The notes under the pieces are model-generated. The model was not told the origin of the DNA. It saw only the letters and a list, made by a program, of their open reading frames with translations, and did no database searches. A DNA stretch of 59,097 nucleotides, the filler included, from Sphacelaria rigidula (taxonomy: Eukaryota), in the NCBI GenBank assembly GCA_964200075.2. It is 8 parts of 8 records of this genome, joined end to end, with 100 filler letters (N's around TTAATTAATTAA, not from the genome) between each part and the next. Parts side by side here need not be neighbours in the genome. Positions count along the whole stretch, not along the records: positions 1 to 7,300 come from CAXNAA020015551.1; positions 7,401 to 14,700 come from CAXNAA020015552.1; 6 more parts are not named here. One strand, 5' to 3'. Made by a program: the position numbers and the translations under genes. Shown one piece after another: positions 1 to 12,561 of the stretch; the first letter of the stretch is position 1, and each line of letters starts with the position of its first letter.

Positions 1-78
1 TTCCCATTTCGATTTACGTGAAGATTTTGCTTCCCAAAACCATGCACTTTTGGGGGGGGGGCTATCGTAAAAAGTGTC
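1..78. mobile_element. Right end of MITE family F, abutting the gypsy integrase
   Basis: Ends in GGGGGGCTATCGTAAAAAGTGTC, matching the right end of the complete copy at 30756-31018 and the partial copy at 22201-22265. Confidence 0.75.
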
Positions 79-500
79 GAGAGAAGCCGTTTCGGGCAAC
101 CATAGTGCTTGGTATAGTCATCAACTAAGGTATTAGCTGTGCCCGCCGCTGTGTAGTCCAGCGGTGACTGCGTACATGGCTGCGTGACGGCTGAAACGGT
201 CGGTAAAGAGTAAGATGTAGGTGTTGCCACGGTCAGTGGGTGGTAAAGGACAGAAATAGTCGAAAGACACGAGGTCCCCAGGAGCGTTGGGAAGTGCCAT
301 CGCAATAACTGGCCAACGTACAGTCTGTCGTGAGGTTTTGCGAGCTTGACACTTGAAGCATCACCGAATCCAGAAGCGGGTGGACACTTCCATACTGATC
401 CACCAGTAAAAACGTTCGAGTAACGCTAATGTGCGCGTGACACCAAGGTGGCAAGACAGGTCAGTGTGGGAGCCTTTCATTACCCACGGTCGCATCAAAA
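79..500 (-). pseudogene. Gypsy integrase, H2C2 zinc finger and start of catalytic core (disrupted)
   Basis: HTDLSCHLGVTRTLALLERFYWW..WIR*CFKCQARK, then DLVSFDYF, YILLFTDRFSR and YGCPKRLLS; cut off by MITE F. Confidence 0.85.
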
Positions 501-1439
501 ATGGGACATATATCCGAGTGGGTTCATCGTCGAGTAGGCGCGCATGGCGTCCAGTGGGTGCGGGTGAAGTTACACCCCGCTGGAGTGTAGATCGGCGGAC
601 AAGCAGTTCAATTCCGTCATCAGTTGTGAAGATAGTACCTTCACGTGCGAGTTCGTACACTTCAGCGGCGTTTGGAGGTGGCAGTGTGCCAACCGGAGCC
701 AATACATTGGCCGGGATAGGGGCAGGGCTTCCAGCACGGAGGTGCCGCATGGTTGCGCGGCGTAATGGTTCTGCTTGTTTTTCACGAGCCCAGTCACGAT
801 GACAGTGACTGGGGAGAAATTCGCGCAGTTGGCCTTCCGCCGGAGAGCCGACCAGACATGGTGGCTCAGGAAGTGGTGGAATAGGCGATGGGGGGGAAGT
901 GCCAACGTCGATGTGTACATCGAGAGCATCAGAAGGGGTGGGCACTGACGGGGCCGCGGCGGGCGGCGATGTCGCAGTAGTGCGCGCCGGAGATCGCGCT
1001 CGGCGCTTGTTGTGAGAACGGCGCGTGGCGGGGGTTGTCAAGGGTCGTGGTACGGTGTTGCGGGGAGCCGGCGCCACGTTGCTCGCAGGAGCAGGAGGTG
1101 TTGTCGGTGGCGGCGGGGTGCGGGAGGGTTAGCGCGGGTGGCAGATCGAGAGCGCGTATTGTCGGGAATGAGATGGACAACTGGAGGTGGCGAAACTGCA
1201 ATATTGGCGCGTGGACCAATAGTACGGAAATCGGCGAAATCGGCATCTGTGGGTTTTAGCCCATCCAAGACTGCATCATAAGGTAGGGGGCGAGAGCCGC
1301 CCATGTGCACACCCGTCTCTGGGCAATGAAGGTCAAGGGCGTAAGTGAGCGTTGAGAAACGCCGGATAGGGTACACGCCGGATTCATCGGGTTCAGTCAG
1401 TCGGCAAGCGGGGCTGAAATCGACAGCCGTTGGAGGGAG

Positions 1440-2700
1440 GGGCAAGCGGGAGAGAAGGTCAGCATTCCCGTTGGTTTTGCCAGGGCGTTGTTTGATAGAA
1501 TACTGATAAGATGTCAGAAACCCCTACAAGCGTTGCACACGCGGGTTATGTTCGCCAACTTTGGCGAGTTGTTCGAATGCTCCGTGATCCGTATAGATTT
1601 GGAAAGGCACATGGAACAAGTATTGTCGAAGGCGCTTTATGGCCCAAGTGATGACTCCGTTTTCCAGCTCCAGTGGACTCCAGTTGGTCTCGTTTGGCAG
1701 AGTGGCGCGACTGATAGAGAAGATGGGTCGAATAGAGCCATCGAGTTAAGGTTGATTCAGGACCGCGCCGAACCCGTTGGTGCTCGCGTCTGTATGTAGT
1801 TGAAAGAGGCGAGAGCCGTCTTGTACGGCATCCCAATCTGGGAAACAAAGGACCGGTTTTTCGGTGAGCGTTCTCAGCAAGTCGCGCACGATAGCTTCCA
1901 TGTCTTTGGTGAAAACAAACGCGGCGCCTTTTCAAAGCAAGTCCGTAATGGGGCGAATCCGTTTGGACAGGTTAGGCAAAAGATTGCGATAGTAGGACAG
2001 TCCATCTAATAATGAGCGGAGCTGAGTAATGTTTGTGGGCATCGGCAAATCAGTCATTGCCCTGACTTTGTTGGTTTCGAGGTGTAGACCTGCCGGTGAA
2101 GTGGAATGTCCCAGAAAATCCAGTTCAGTCGCGCCAAGGTGAGCCTTGGATGGAGACAGTTTCAAATCGTGCTTCCGCAGGCGAGGAAGAAACGCTCGTA
2201 ACGTGTGCACATGCGCAAGAGGGGAGGCATCCAATGCGATAGCGTCGTCCAAGTACATGATGACGTGTTCGAGATTTTCTGTAACGCGTTGCATGAAGCG
2301 TTGGAAACAACCTGGTGCAGTGGCGGCGCCTTGTGGCATACGGAGCCATTCGTAAAGCCCAGAAGATGTACAAAACGCTGTCAGTGGGACTATATCAGGG
2401 TGGATGACATTCTGGAAAAGTCCAGAAGCGAGGTCGACGGTACTGAATATTTTGCCTTCGCCTAGAGAGTCGAAGACTTCATCTATGCAGGGAATGGGAA
2501 GTTTTCCCACTACAGTAACGCGATTGAGCCGTTGATAATTCACGGTGATGCGTATGTTTCCATCCTTCTGGGGGACTACCACTAGCGGTGAGGCCCACGG
2601 AGAAGAGGAGTGTTAGATTAATCCGGCACCTACGTACGCATCTAAAAAGGCGATAAATGTTTTGGTAAGGATGGGGTTCGTCCGATACGGTCGAGAAGAG
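1440..2700 (-). pseudogene. Gypsy reverse transcriptase and RNase H (disrupted)
   Basis: ORF 1932-2582 has FSTVDLASGLFQ, YEWLRMPQG, YLDD and DFLGH; downstream LHTDASTNGFGAVL and PGKTNGNADLLSRLP. Confidence 0.93.
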
Positions 2701-3304
2701 ATTGGCGAAACGCCAGGTTGAAGGGTGATTTCATAGGGCAGCGTTTTGCAATGCCCCAGATCCGTTTTGGATCGAGAAAATCGGTCTTGGTACTCCAATA
2801 AAACATCGCTCAGTTTTTTTATTATAGCGGGTTCCCAACCGGGTCCATGTAGGTCAAAGTTGATGTCACGTAAATGGGGTGGAAGTTGATCCCACATGTG
2901 CAAGAAACTTGTCCGAGATTCTGGTGATAGGCGTTGCAGCACTTCAGCAGGAGAGTCGGACGTTGACGGTGCAGGGTCCACGGCGTGGATACGTGATGAA
3001 GACAAAGAGGTTACGTCGAAGTAAGGCTCATCGACGTAATTGACAGAACCGTCTGTCGGAGGCGCCGGGTTGGACGCCGACGGTTCAGTGGCACATGTCT
3101 CAAGTAGAATGTGCATGAGGGGAGCAGCAGCAATACCCAAAACATCTCCGGGTTCCAAGTTAGCGTGACCCGTGAGTGGCAAAAGTTGTTTCCCTGCGGA
3201 GACAAAGTGTTCTGTGCCGGCAGGCGCACCAACCCGAGGAAGCATTTCAGGGAGGTAATGTCCCGTAAGGGCAGCCATGCCATTTTGGCGAACTAGGGCA
3301 ACTT

Positions 3305-3800
3305 CTAGCAGTTGAGGATCATCGGAGAGGATAACACCAGCAGTACCACCGTATCAGAGGTGGTAAGCAACTCCGGTAGCTTGTTCACTTTTTGGTAGGC
3401 CAAGGCGCCGTGAAGAGTACCGAAATGTTCAAGGTTGAGTTCTCCACGAGGCGCAGACTGTGACGATAATGGTGGTAGTGTGCGGTAGGTGCGTTGGTCA
3501 AATCGCGTATAACTATCTCGGCCCATGAGTAAGGCGTGAGCCATGGTGCTGTCGGGGACAACATATGCCCAGACTGCAAGGTTGGCAGAACGAGTTGTGC
3601 TGTGAAAGAATTGCACACTGAGACGAACTGATATTCGTGTGGTCAAAGGTGCTGTGGAGTCACCGAAACCGCCCCATGCTCGAGGTTTGGTGGTGATTTC
3701 GCAAGCTGCTGAAGCAGCGCCAATCTGTTTCATATGTTTCCACATTGGTTCACGAATAAATGTTTGTGGGCTGCTGCTATTTAACAAAGAGACACATTTG
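3305..3800 (-). pseudogene. Retropepsin-like aspartic protease remnant
   Basis: SLLNSSSPQTFI is a decayed LLDSGS-type motif; ALLMGRDS is the C-terminal motif; lies upstream of RT. Confidence 0.65.
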
Positions 3801-4917
3801 GCAGTCGTGGTTGCTTATGGTCCACAATGGAGTGCTACGCGAGTAGTGAAAGTGGCAGGATCAACAGGCACTTTGCCGCCGACAAGATCCGGAACATGTT
3901 CAGCCAAGGTGAACTGACCGGAATCAGTAGTGCTGACGGCAAAAACGGACGGCGGGTCATCCGTCGCGGGTTCAACTTGCTCACCAGAACGTTTGGTGGA
4001 TTATGTGTGATCCCCAGAGTGAGCACAGCTCGTCTGATCATTAGCAATTTCATATGTGACCGTGTTGGGAAGGCAGGGATCAACGTCTAAAGTATAATCA
4101 TGTTATTCAGTGTAGTCCGCAGAGGAAGTAGAGGAAGTAGAGGAAGTAGAAATATCTGATTTGGATTATTCTGGGACACTTGATAAATTCATCGAGCTCA
4201 AAGTCGTCGCATTTTGGAGAGCGTGAGGTCGAGACTCCTCACTCGAGGGAGGTGTACGTGTTGATGCGCACGCTTCAGTGGGGGCATGTTCACGGGGCTT
4301 CCTCTCTCGCCGTGACAAAGGGCGGGGAAAGCCCAACTGCGTCCCGTTGAGTGGATGAGATCAGCATCGGGGCATGCTCGGGCGAAGCTTGTGGACTGTC
4401 CGCTGGCAAGCTTGGCTAAGGAGTCATAGCCGAAGGTATAGTATGATGGTTTAGGTGGAAACCAGTAAGGGGTAGCTTTGCATGGTGCAATGAACGCGAA
4501 GAATGAACTCGTTCGACGTGGGTGGGTGTTACATGGTCCGAAGCGGTCAAATTCTGACCAGCGACACTTGAAGTAGTCGAGTGAATTAGACTATTTTATT
4601 GTGCGTGCGGTCGCTGAGGGAAGACTTTGCCTCAGAGACGGGCAGTTGGTGTTCCCACACCTCAGACTTACGCTCAGTTCCGGAGGACCAAGTCCAGACC
4701 CGAGGGCAGGGCTAAGTTTTGAGTTATCGCAACAGTTACGCTGTGTTCGAAAAGGTCAAGACGGGGGTCAATATGAGCGGCCGTCATTAGTACTCCTGCA
4801 TAGTGCTGGGGAGGTGCAGCGAGAAAGTTTTGTCGCTCGTTCCGCGGTTGGTTTTGAAACAGTCTTCGTGTAGGCTGTCGGCGGCACCGAAGACGTAAAA
4901 ACGCCGGCGTCGGCATG

Positions 4918-5660
4918 TCATGGATCGGTATGATCAGTCATAAAGGAACCGGGGTTTCTGGCATTGTGAGCCGGCCCCGTGCGCTGGTGTCTATCAGCAA
5001 AATTCTGGTGACGGTGAGAAGAACTCTCTCTTCGCCGGAAGCCAGAGTTGTCGGAGTTGTTGGGGCGACTGTCGCGATTTGAGCGAGTGTTATCGCGGTT
5101 GTTGCAGGGGCGGCGAGAATGACGGTTGGGTGTATATTCACGCATGCATTTCTGCCATCGGCGCCATGCTGGCTCATCGTCCTGTAGCTCAGAGTTCATG
5201 AGGTCGAAATAATTGATACAAGGGCGAGCACAATCGCGCATACTGTGCCCTTGGGTGTTAAAACGCAGTTGCGGCATAGCATCGCGGCAACTGCTCTGAT
5301 CGGACGCAGATCCAAGTGAGCTCCACGGCTTTGTCCGACTCCGTCCCGACACATCCGTCGCGTATAGCGAGAGTGGCACCCCGCTCGTTTCCGTGGCAGG
5401 GCGTTTGAAGTATCAAACCTGCCTTGAAAAAGGCGTGCAGCGTGAAGTACAATGCGATGGGGGCGGAACTACGCAGCAACAGGGAGATAAAAGCGGGGAT
5501 GCAGCCGAAGTTCAGGGTTGGTGTGCTCCAAGTGCGAAATTCAAAATCCTGCGGGAGTGGGCACGAGCCCATCCAAGACGACACTCAGGGTAAAAAGCCA
5601 AGGATCATTGGTGAGAACTTTTCGTTCAACCCGGCGGATCAGCTATCGCGTGTTATGAGC
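4918..5660 (-). pseudogene. Gag remnant with frameshifted CCHC zinc knuckle
   Basis: CRNC, frameshift, then GHSMRDC near 5230-5280, followed by an R/N/S-rich tail; upstream of the protease. Confidence 0.55.
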
Positions 5661-5719
5661 AAAACTTAATGTCAATTGAAAAAACACAATTCGTCAGGAC
5701 GCAATACCCAACTCAAAGC

Positions 5720-6090
5720 AATCGTCCGGCGGAAATACGGCCTACAACAAGGGCGGTAAAAGTAGTCATTTCCGGGGGAACACTGAACCACGAGCAACGG
5801 AACGACACAAGAGAACACACCCGTGTCGCCAGCTGACCAGGTTGCGCCACGGGATAGGGGTAGAACAAACAAACGAACACATCCAGATGAATTGTCGAAA
5901 TGCAGCACCTCACTTCAACCTGAAACAGTCGTCCGGCATAAATACGGCCTACAACAAGGGCGGTATCATTAGCAGTACACAGTGAAACCAAGTACCCGGG
6001 CAAGAAGACGATGTAAGGGAATACTCCCATGCGGCGAGCTCTCTTGGATGGTGGCAGGGGGTTGAGCAGTGACAACAACAAACACATCCA
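5720..6090. repeat. Diverged two-copy tandem repeat (~205 bp period) in the gypsy 5' leader
   Basis: CGTCCGGC..AAATACGGCCTACAACAAGGGCGGTA at ~5724 and ~5930; AACACATCCAGA at ~5876 and ~6081. Confidence 0.75.
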
Positions 6091-6342
6091 GAGAACGAGT
6101 CATCAAAATTCCAAACATGTGGGAGGCTGGACTAAATCTACAGTCCTCTCATCGCGTAAAGAAACCCCGAAGACAAGAAAAAAGAAACCCACTAGATGCT
6201 CAGGAAACACGGACAGAAATACAACAGTGACAAGAAATGTGACCATGGCTACTAAAAACGCAAGCACCAAGAAGGCGAACTCAGCACGAAGGGACATGGC
6301 ACCAAAACCAGTGGGGGGCTACAACGCAGCAAAGGGGAGGGG

Positions 6343-6584
6343 GGGGGCTATGATCTGATATCTGACCAGATCGGATTGGGGGATCCAACTCCGCCAAGGT
6401 GAGGGGGGCTGCGATCTGATATCTGACCAGATCGGATTGAGGGGTTCTGAAGTCCACCAAGGTGAGCTCATCGCTCGCCGCATCGCCGAGGGACGCGGGC
6501 GTGTGTCGTAGCAACTGGAGTATAGGCTTACGATACAACGGGTGTTGGGGGGCTACGATCTGATATCTGACCAGATCGGAGGGG
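6343..6584. repeat. Three copies of GGGGGCTnnGATCTGATATCTGACCAGATCGGA
   Basis: Identical 24-nt core starting at 6352, 6413 and 6557. Confidence 0.9.
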
Positions 6585-6850
6585 TGGATGCTGGGAAGCA
6601 GCCAGGACAGCAGCATATGGAAGGGGCACGTGGGCTGTGTCCGAAGGCGTCTCTTCTACAAGGCAAAATGTTCGAGCTCGAGTATTATTTCCATAGTACA
6701 GCAAAATATTATACTTTGCACCCATAAGGGGGGACATGGTGCGCTAGAAATCCCTGCGCGGTTACGGAACCATTTCTCTCTCCTTGACAAGGGGCGGGGA
6801 CCATCTGATACGACAAGAAAAAACTTAATCGGGCCGGATTGAATTGATGT

Positions 6851-7140
6851 CAAACATCGTGGGGTGGCCACGCAAAACTTGTGGCCTTCCATCCGAGGGC
6901 AAATATTGTCGCTAAAACCACAGTACTCCCGGCGGGAGTCATCTGTAAATACAGGAAAAGTTCAATCAGGCCTGACTGAAGTGATGTGGGCAAACATCGG
7001 GGATGGCCAACAAACTCGTGGGCTTACATCCGAAGCCCAATTTCTTCTGGAAGGCCATCAAACTCGTGGGCTTACTTCCGCCAACGTTTTTCGAATGCAA
7101 ACAAACCTGTGGTCTTACATCCGAAGGAAAATCTGTAGTA
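6851..7140. repeat. Four degenerate copies of an AAAC(T/C)yGTGGnCTTaCaTCCG motif
   Basis: Copies near 6875, 7012, 7060 and 7103. Confidence 0.7.
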
Positions 7141-7300
7141 GTACCCTTGACGGAAAACAAAAATACATACACCATGACAAAAAAAACGGTGGGGCGGCGT
7201 GTCCCAGTATGGCGGAAATCAACTACTGTAGAGTCGAATCAGTTGTGCCAACATCAACAACGCGACGTACAGTATTATATGCGTGTGCTGTCACAGGGGA

Positions 7301-7400
7301 NNNNNNNNNNNNNNNNNNNNNNNNNNNNNNNNNNNNNNNNNNNNTTAATTAATTAANNNNNNNNNNNNNNNNNNNNNNNNNNNNNNNNNNNNNNNNNNNN
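7301..7400. other. Artificial contig linker
   Basis: N44-TTAATTAATTAA-N44 (stop codons in all six frames). Confidence 0.98.
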
Positions 7401-7525
7401 GAAACTAAGAAGCGGCAGAATGTTGGAGGTGTCTCTATTAGGAACGGTGCTCCGTCTCGAAAGGGATGCGTGGTCAATGGTCAAATTACTAAGGCAAGCA
7501 ACAAATGAGTACGCCCCCCCCCCCC
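7401..7525 (+). mobile_element. LINE family A, 3' end fragment with C12 run
   Basis: GTGCTCCGTCTCGAAAGGGATGCGTGGTCAATGGTCAAA...ATGAGTACG then C-run; homologous to the end of 49215-49856. Confidence 0.85.
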
Positions 7526-10500
7526 AATGCACGCTAGGCCGGCGACATAGCTCGAGGGTTGTGCTTAACCCGGAGACGAGAAGAAGTCCGTTCCGCGCAG
7601 CCGGAAGAGATTCACAAAGTCATGACTAGACTGATGACTTACTATTTTCGACAACCAACGCGCGTAGCTCATGCCTCATGTTCCCTTGTTTACTTTGTGT
7701 GTGCAGGCAAAACCGTCCGAGGTAAAGGTAATAACGATGGCCCTTCGTAACGCGCAACTTCTACTTGATTTTTCCATCCCAACATGTATTCATCTTGTCT
7801 CTGGATACCTTTTTGTTGAAAGCCTACGTGAGCAAGGGACATCGACGCCACACCACACGTTTTGTTGTGACACCTAAGTGCCCCTCCCCCTTCTTTGAAG
7901 GAGCATACGAATTGCTTAAAGACGTCAACCCAAGAAGGCGCGGACCATCAACAAGAAACGTGCATTTATTTTTTACATCATAGCAGCTAACTGCATGAGT
8001 CCAATTATCCCTGTTATCATATGCCGAGATTAGAAGTTCCTCCAAATCCCTATTATAAAAATAGGCTCGGCATTTCTCAAGGAATACAGTGAATATCTTC
8101 TCAGTGGCGGCCTGATACTCCACTAAAGCAATTACGAGACATTTTTCAAGTATTGTCTACGCTGTTGTGCGATATGTTGTGTCCATATACCATCTACTCA
8201 ATACTTTTGATGCTCTCACTTGCATTGGAGTCACCGTCGCTTCCCCCAGAAAACTTTTTTTTTTCCTGTTCTGGCTCCGTGTCGTTTCGAAGGTACGACC
8301 ACGTGTCTACAGCCAACCCGTGCTGCTTCGCGTGCCGGTCGTGGTGTTGCGGCACACACGGGGAAAAGATCACGTTCAGGGCTCCGGTTTTGTGCTGCCC
8401 GTCAGCCAAATATTGCGGGAAAGAAGTGGCTTCTATCCTCGTCACCAAGGGGACAGCCACGCGAACCTGTCAGATTATCAACACCGCTCGCGACAACACA
8501 AGAGCGATGATGAAGTAGTAGTAGCTGGCTGTAGTGTTGTAGTGGTGACCAAGCCGCGAAGAAGTTGTGAAAGCGAGCAGAAGAAATGCGTGATGTTTTC
8601 TATAGGACAGCATAGTGAGCGCCTTAATACGTTTGCTCTATGTATATGAGGTGCATACAAGCACGCCTGAAAGTACTGCGCAGATATTGGAACGGCTCTT
8701 GAATGTGAAGACAAAGACAACAACAACGTGAGAGCACGCCGCGGAACACTTGTGCAATGCATTTCACGAGACGAGTACTCCTTTGAAAGATTGACCGCAC
8801 ACACGCGATTCGTCACGATATTTTGCCGACGTGCGTTTATTTACTCGTCGACGTCTTCTTGCCGAGCGCGCTGTATTTCGTCGGCAACCGACCAATACAT
8901 GATAACATCGACCATTTGGTCGCCAGGGTGGGCCATCAGGATCTTTCACTCTTCCCCCAAAGAATGCCGATGTCATAGATGACCTACTCCGGCGATTAAA
9001 CGATTGAGATCAAGCCAACCGCGGCGACTGCTCCTGGGGAAGCGGATGCTATGTATTGTGTAGTCCTTGCCGCTCTCGTTGCCGGTGGTGGGTAGTGGGT
9101 GGTGGATGTTGGCGACGGAGTTGAAGTTTTGAGGCTAGACATGTCAACATCTGCGTGGTCAAATAGCGGATTAACAACTCAGAGGGAACTCTTCAACATG
9201 GTTTAGCTCAACCTTTGATTCGTCTTGGCCGGTAGGCGGAGTTGCGCAGAGTCGTCGTGAGATGCACTCAGCTTCACGTGAAGAGAGCGTGCTCAAGCAA
9301 GGAAAGCAAGACTGATTCACGGTACATGTATCTGTACCTATAAATCGTATATTCCACCGCAGAGCCACCAGAGAGAGTACGGGAGCAGAAGGGTAGAAGC
9401 ACGGGAGGGTAAGCCAGTGTGCGTGCCCACAAAGCCGCCTGAAAACTTATTCTACGCCATAAAACCACAGAATGGCACTGCCCAAATTTTATGTGCGCTA
9501 TATCGTACGGAGTTCTGCTGTTTGAACATCCAGCATCAATTCATCTCCACTTCCGTAGCTACCTCCTTAACGAAAACAAAATATCCTAATGGTACGGTCC
9601 TTTGATGAACGTTGAACGTTGGATCCTACCGAATAAATATATGGTTATTACTCGCCCCATCACCGCACTTTACACCCCATGCCAATCAAAACTAACAACA
9701 CCTGCTTGCCCTGACTACGATATTGATAGCTTGCTGTTGCACCAGATTGTCATTCAACAGGGGATATAGACCACAGTGGATTGCAGGATAACTAAAGGTC
9801 TTGTTTTTGGGAGCCAGAGAGCACGTAACAACAGTGTTCGCTGCCCGCCGTGGTAAAACAGATATTAGCACACGTCCCTAGCAAAGGGCAGAATACACAG
9901 CATACCTCACGAATGCCTGAATGTGGATAAGGGCACCAGCATCAACCATAATAATCTACGTGAGCCAGATTCTCAATAACTTCGGATAGCCATCCAACAT
10001 ACGCAGGTTACCTCACGGGAGCTGTTATTTCTGCAATTCCAGACGGGCGCCGAATGGTGCCGTTATTCTGGTTTTGAATATAGCAGTAGAGGCCGTAAGC
10101 GGGATGAGTAGCTCAGAAGGCACTGCTTGTAGGGCTGGCGATGCATACATGGGTTGCGAAGGGAATCGTGAAGAGAAGTTGCCAGACATCATCAGCGCCA
10201 CGCGCAGGACCAAAAGAAGCACGAATTGACGAAGACCTTATCAAGGCAAGAAGGATGAACACTTGTTCCCCGAGACCTGACGAAGGGCAACACTTCTTGC
10301 TTTCCTGGCGTATAACAATAGACTGACGGGACTAAGTTGGAATACTTTGAGGTCGGATGAAGAGGTGCCGTCGCTGCTGTTACACGCTATAGTCCGCAAA
10401 TGGACCATGCAGGAAGAAGGACATATGGTGTTTTGTGCTGCTACTGGCACAAGTATGGATCATTATATGAAGGGGGATTACTTGATTGGAGTTCGCAACG

Positions 10501-11439
10501 ACTGACGATATGTGCGGGCAGAAGGCGTGTAAAAGAAATATACCGCGCGGTGTATACCACATAACAGAGTAAACTAGGGAACTAACGCACAGTCGCAGTC
10601 GTCTTACTCGTGCAGAATGAAAGGAACTTTAGCATCGAAACCTCTTCGCCTATTCAAAGCAAATCTTCACGCATTGCGTGTGACTGTTTTCATCAAGGGT
10701 TGTACATATGATGTATTCGACGTAGATCTCATTGGTAGATCCTCGGGTGTGCAATCAACCAGTCAAGTGAGACCCAGTGCGGTTCACTACACAAAGTACC
10801 GGCAGGAATTGTTCCAGGCCCGGAGCCACTACAGCTCAGTGCGAGGTACCAGTAGGAACGATTCGAGGACCAGTTTTGTCGCCAGTGTGATTAAACCGAG
10901 CCGGAATGGCCCTGTAGCTTCACATTGAAAGTCCTACAGTTGGGGTTCAGGGCTGCGATTCAGACGGAAGGTTCAGATAGAAGTGTGCACCAAGCTAGCG
11001 GATGACTTCTGAAAAAGTAATCCGACTAGGTAGGGCTCTGCAGCCTCCAACGTGGGTCAGTCGCCTGCCCACCACATGAAGATATTTTGTGGAAATTGTC
11101 TTGCTCCGCTATGAACGATGCACTGCGAGAAAGTGAGCCAAGGCCATACAACACATCTCACAAGTACACGAGTTAGTGAGCCTCGAGAACTATCGAAACA
11201 GACCCACGCGAGCTGCCCATCTGAACGGATGCTCGTGGACACTCGCGAAAGATGTAGGAATCATCGAGACTCGTATCTCAGGATACGCAAGGGCAAATAA
11301 CTGTACCATCCGCTACGACTGAATTACGCCACACCCGGCATTCCCACAGCAACGACGGCAGCGGATCAGCGTTGGACATACGGAAGGCACTGACGCAACT
11401 CACAGTTTTTCTGGTTCCTCCTGGCACAAGCTACAATAG

Positions 11440-12561
11440 GGTCAGCCACAGCCATCGACGACGTTCATATTCGCGTCGGTCAACAGTCATAGACAGATTT
11501 CGACTCCCCGTGATTCGGGAGCGAATGTCAACATGACTTCCTGGAAAGGGGATCTCAGGAACACGCGTACGGTCGATCGAAGCTGTGCGTTTGGGAACAG
11601 GGGGCAACTGCAGGCGCTGGCAATGGGGAAGATGGCAGCACACGTGAAAGTTCAGGGCACGGAGACTCCGGTAGACGTTACAACGAAGAACGTGCTTAGG
11701 GTCCCAGGACTACCTTGCCGACTGCTGAATACCGGAACGATTCGGCGTGACGGAGGAGGGTTCATGGATTCCGGTATAGGAAGGATAACTCTCTTCGGTT
11801 CAAAAGGATGGACCAAAGATCCTCCAGCCGAGAAGAAAGGAGCCTTGACCTTGTCGACATCCGTGCAAGGGAATGGCAACCAGGTGGCATCGGCGCAGGC
11901 TTCACTCGCAAAGAAGCACCGCCTGGCATTGAAGTACTGGCACGACGCCGTAGGACACATCGATCCAGCCGCCATCAACCCATATTGGAGAAACGAGAGT
12001 TCATCGAAGTAAACGATGTAACTGTCGCAACGGATATGCGGTGAGCAGTAAGCAGCAAATTCGAATCTTGAATTCTCTCCCACGAAACACGAGTTTGAAG
12101 TACTAAAGCACCCGGGGATGCCATACATGCCGACCTGGAAGGGATTTTTCGCTCCAGCATAGCCGCAATGAGGTACTTCCAAGTTTCAGTGGATGAAGGG
12201 ATAGGTGACAAGCGCGTTGTGGGACTGAAAACTTATGATGCGGTTGCCAACGCAGCAGCAAACTAAATCGATGAGATAGCTCGAGAAGGGGTGGTGATCA
12301 AAAGCCTGAGCAGAGGCGGAGCCGGAGAACTTGGAAAAATTATCAGGTTTTAACGCATGCTGCCGGATCGGGAGGTTAGGTGGGGAAGCATACCGCCTCG
12401 GACACCTCAATCTAATGAAATTGCTGAACGTTCGATTCGACAAGTTATGAGGATAGCGCGCAGCCGACTGATGAAAGCAGGACGCAGAGAGGACTACTGG
12501 TGATTTTCTGTGGCAAACGCGGCATTCAAGACCACAGTAATGTCCCAAGAACCCCTTGAGG
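11440..12561 (+). mobile_element. Decayed Ty1/copia pol: protease, GAG-pre-integrase, integrase core
   Basis: DSGANVNMT; KNVLRVPGL; YWHDAVGHI; AIHADLEG..RYFQVSVDEG; TPQSNEIAERSIRQVMRIARSRL. Confidence 0.88.

Larger units (their letters stand above)
79..6300 (-). mobile_element. Decayed Ty3/gypsy LTR retrotransposon, internal region
   Basis: Gypsy domain order on the minus strand: gag zinc knuckle, protease, RT (YLDD), RNase H, integrase. Many stops and frameshifts. LTRs not delimited. Confidence 0.93.

Noticed and set aside
6291-6304. Gypsy primer-binding site TGGTGCCATGTCCC using the tRNA-His in this window
   Set aside because: That tRNA would need TGGTGACCAAT, and no LTR end could be placed; it may still be a PBS for another tRNA
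6343-6584. CRISPR array
   Set aside because: Only three repeats, irregular spacing, spacers related to each other, no cas genes, eukaryotic context
6864-7356. ORFs ending in X...LIN
   Set aside because: Artefacts of reading into the N linker; the same applies at 21677, 29237, 44344 and 51743
7740-11000. Protein-like short ORFs (e.g. 7824-8123) and a possible copia gag or LTR
   Set aside because: No recognisable motif, splice pattern or LTR pair
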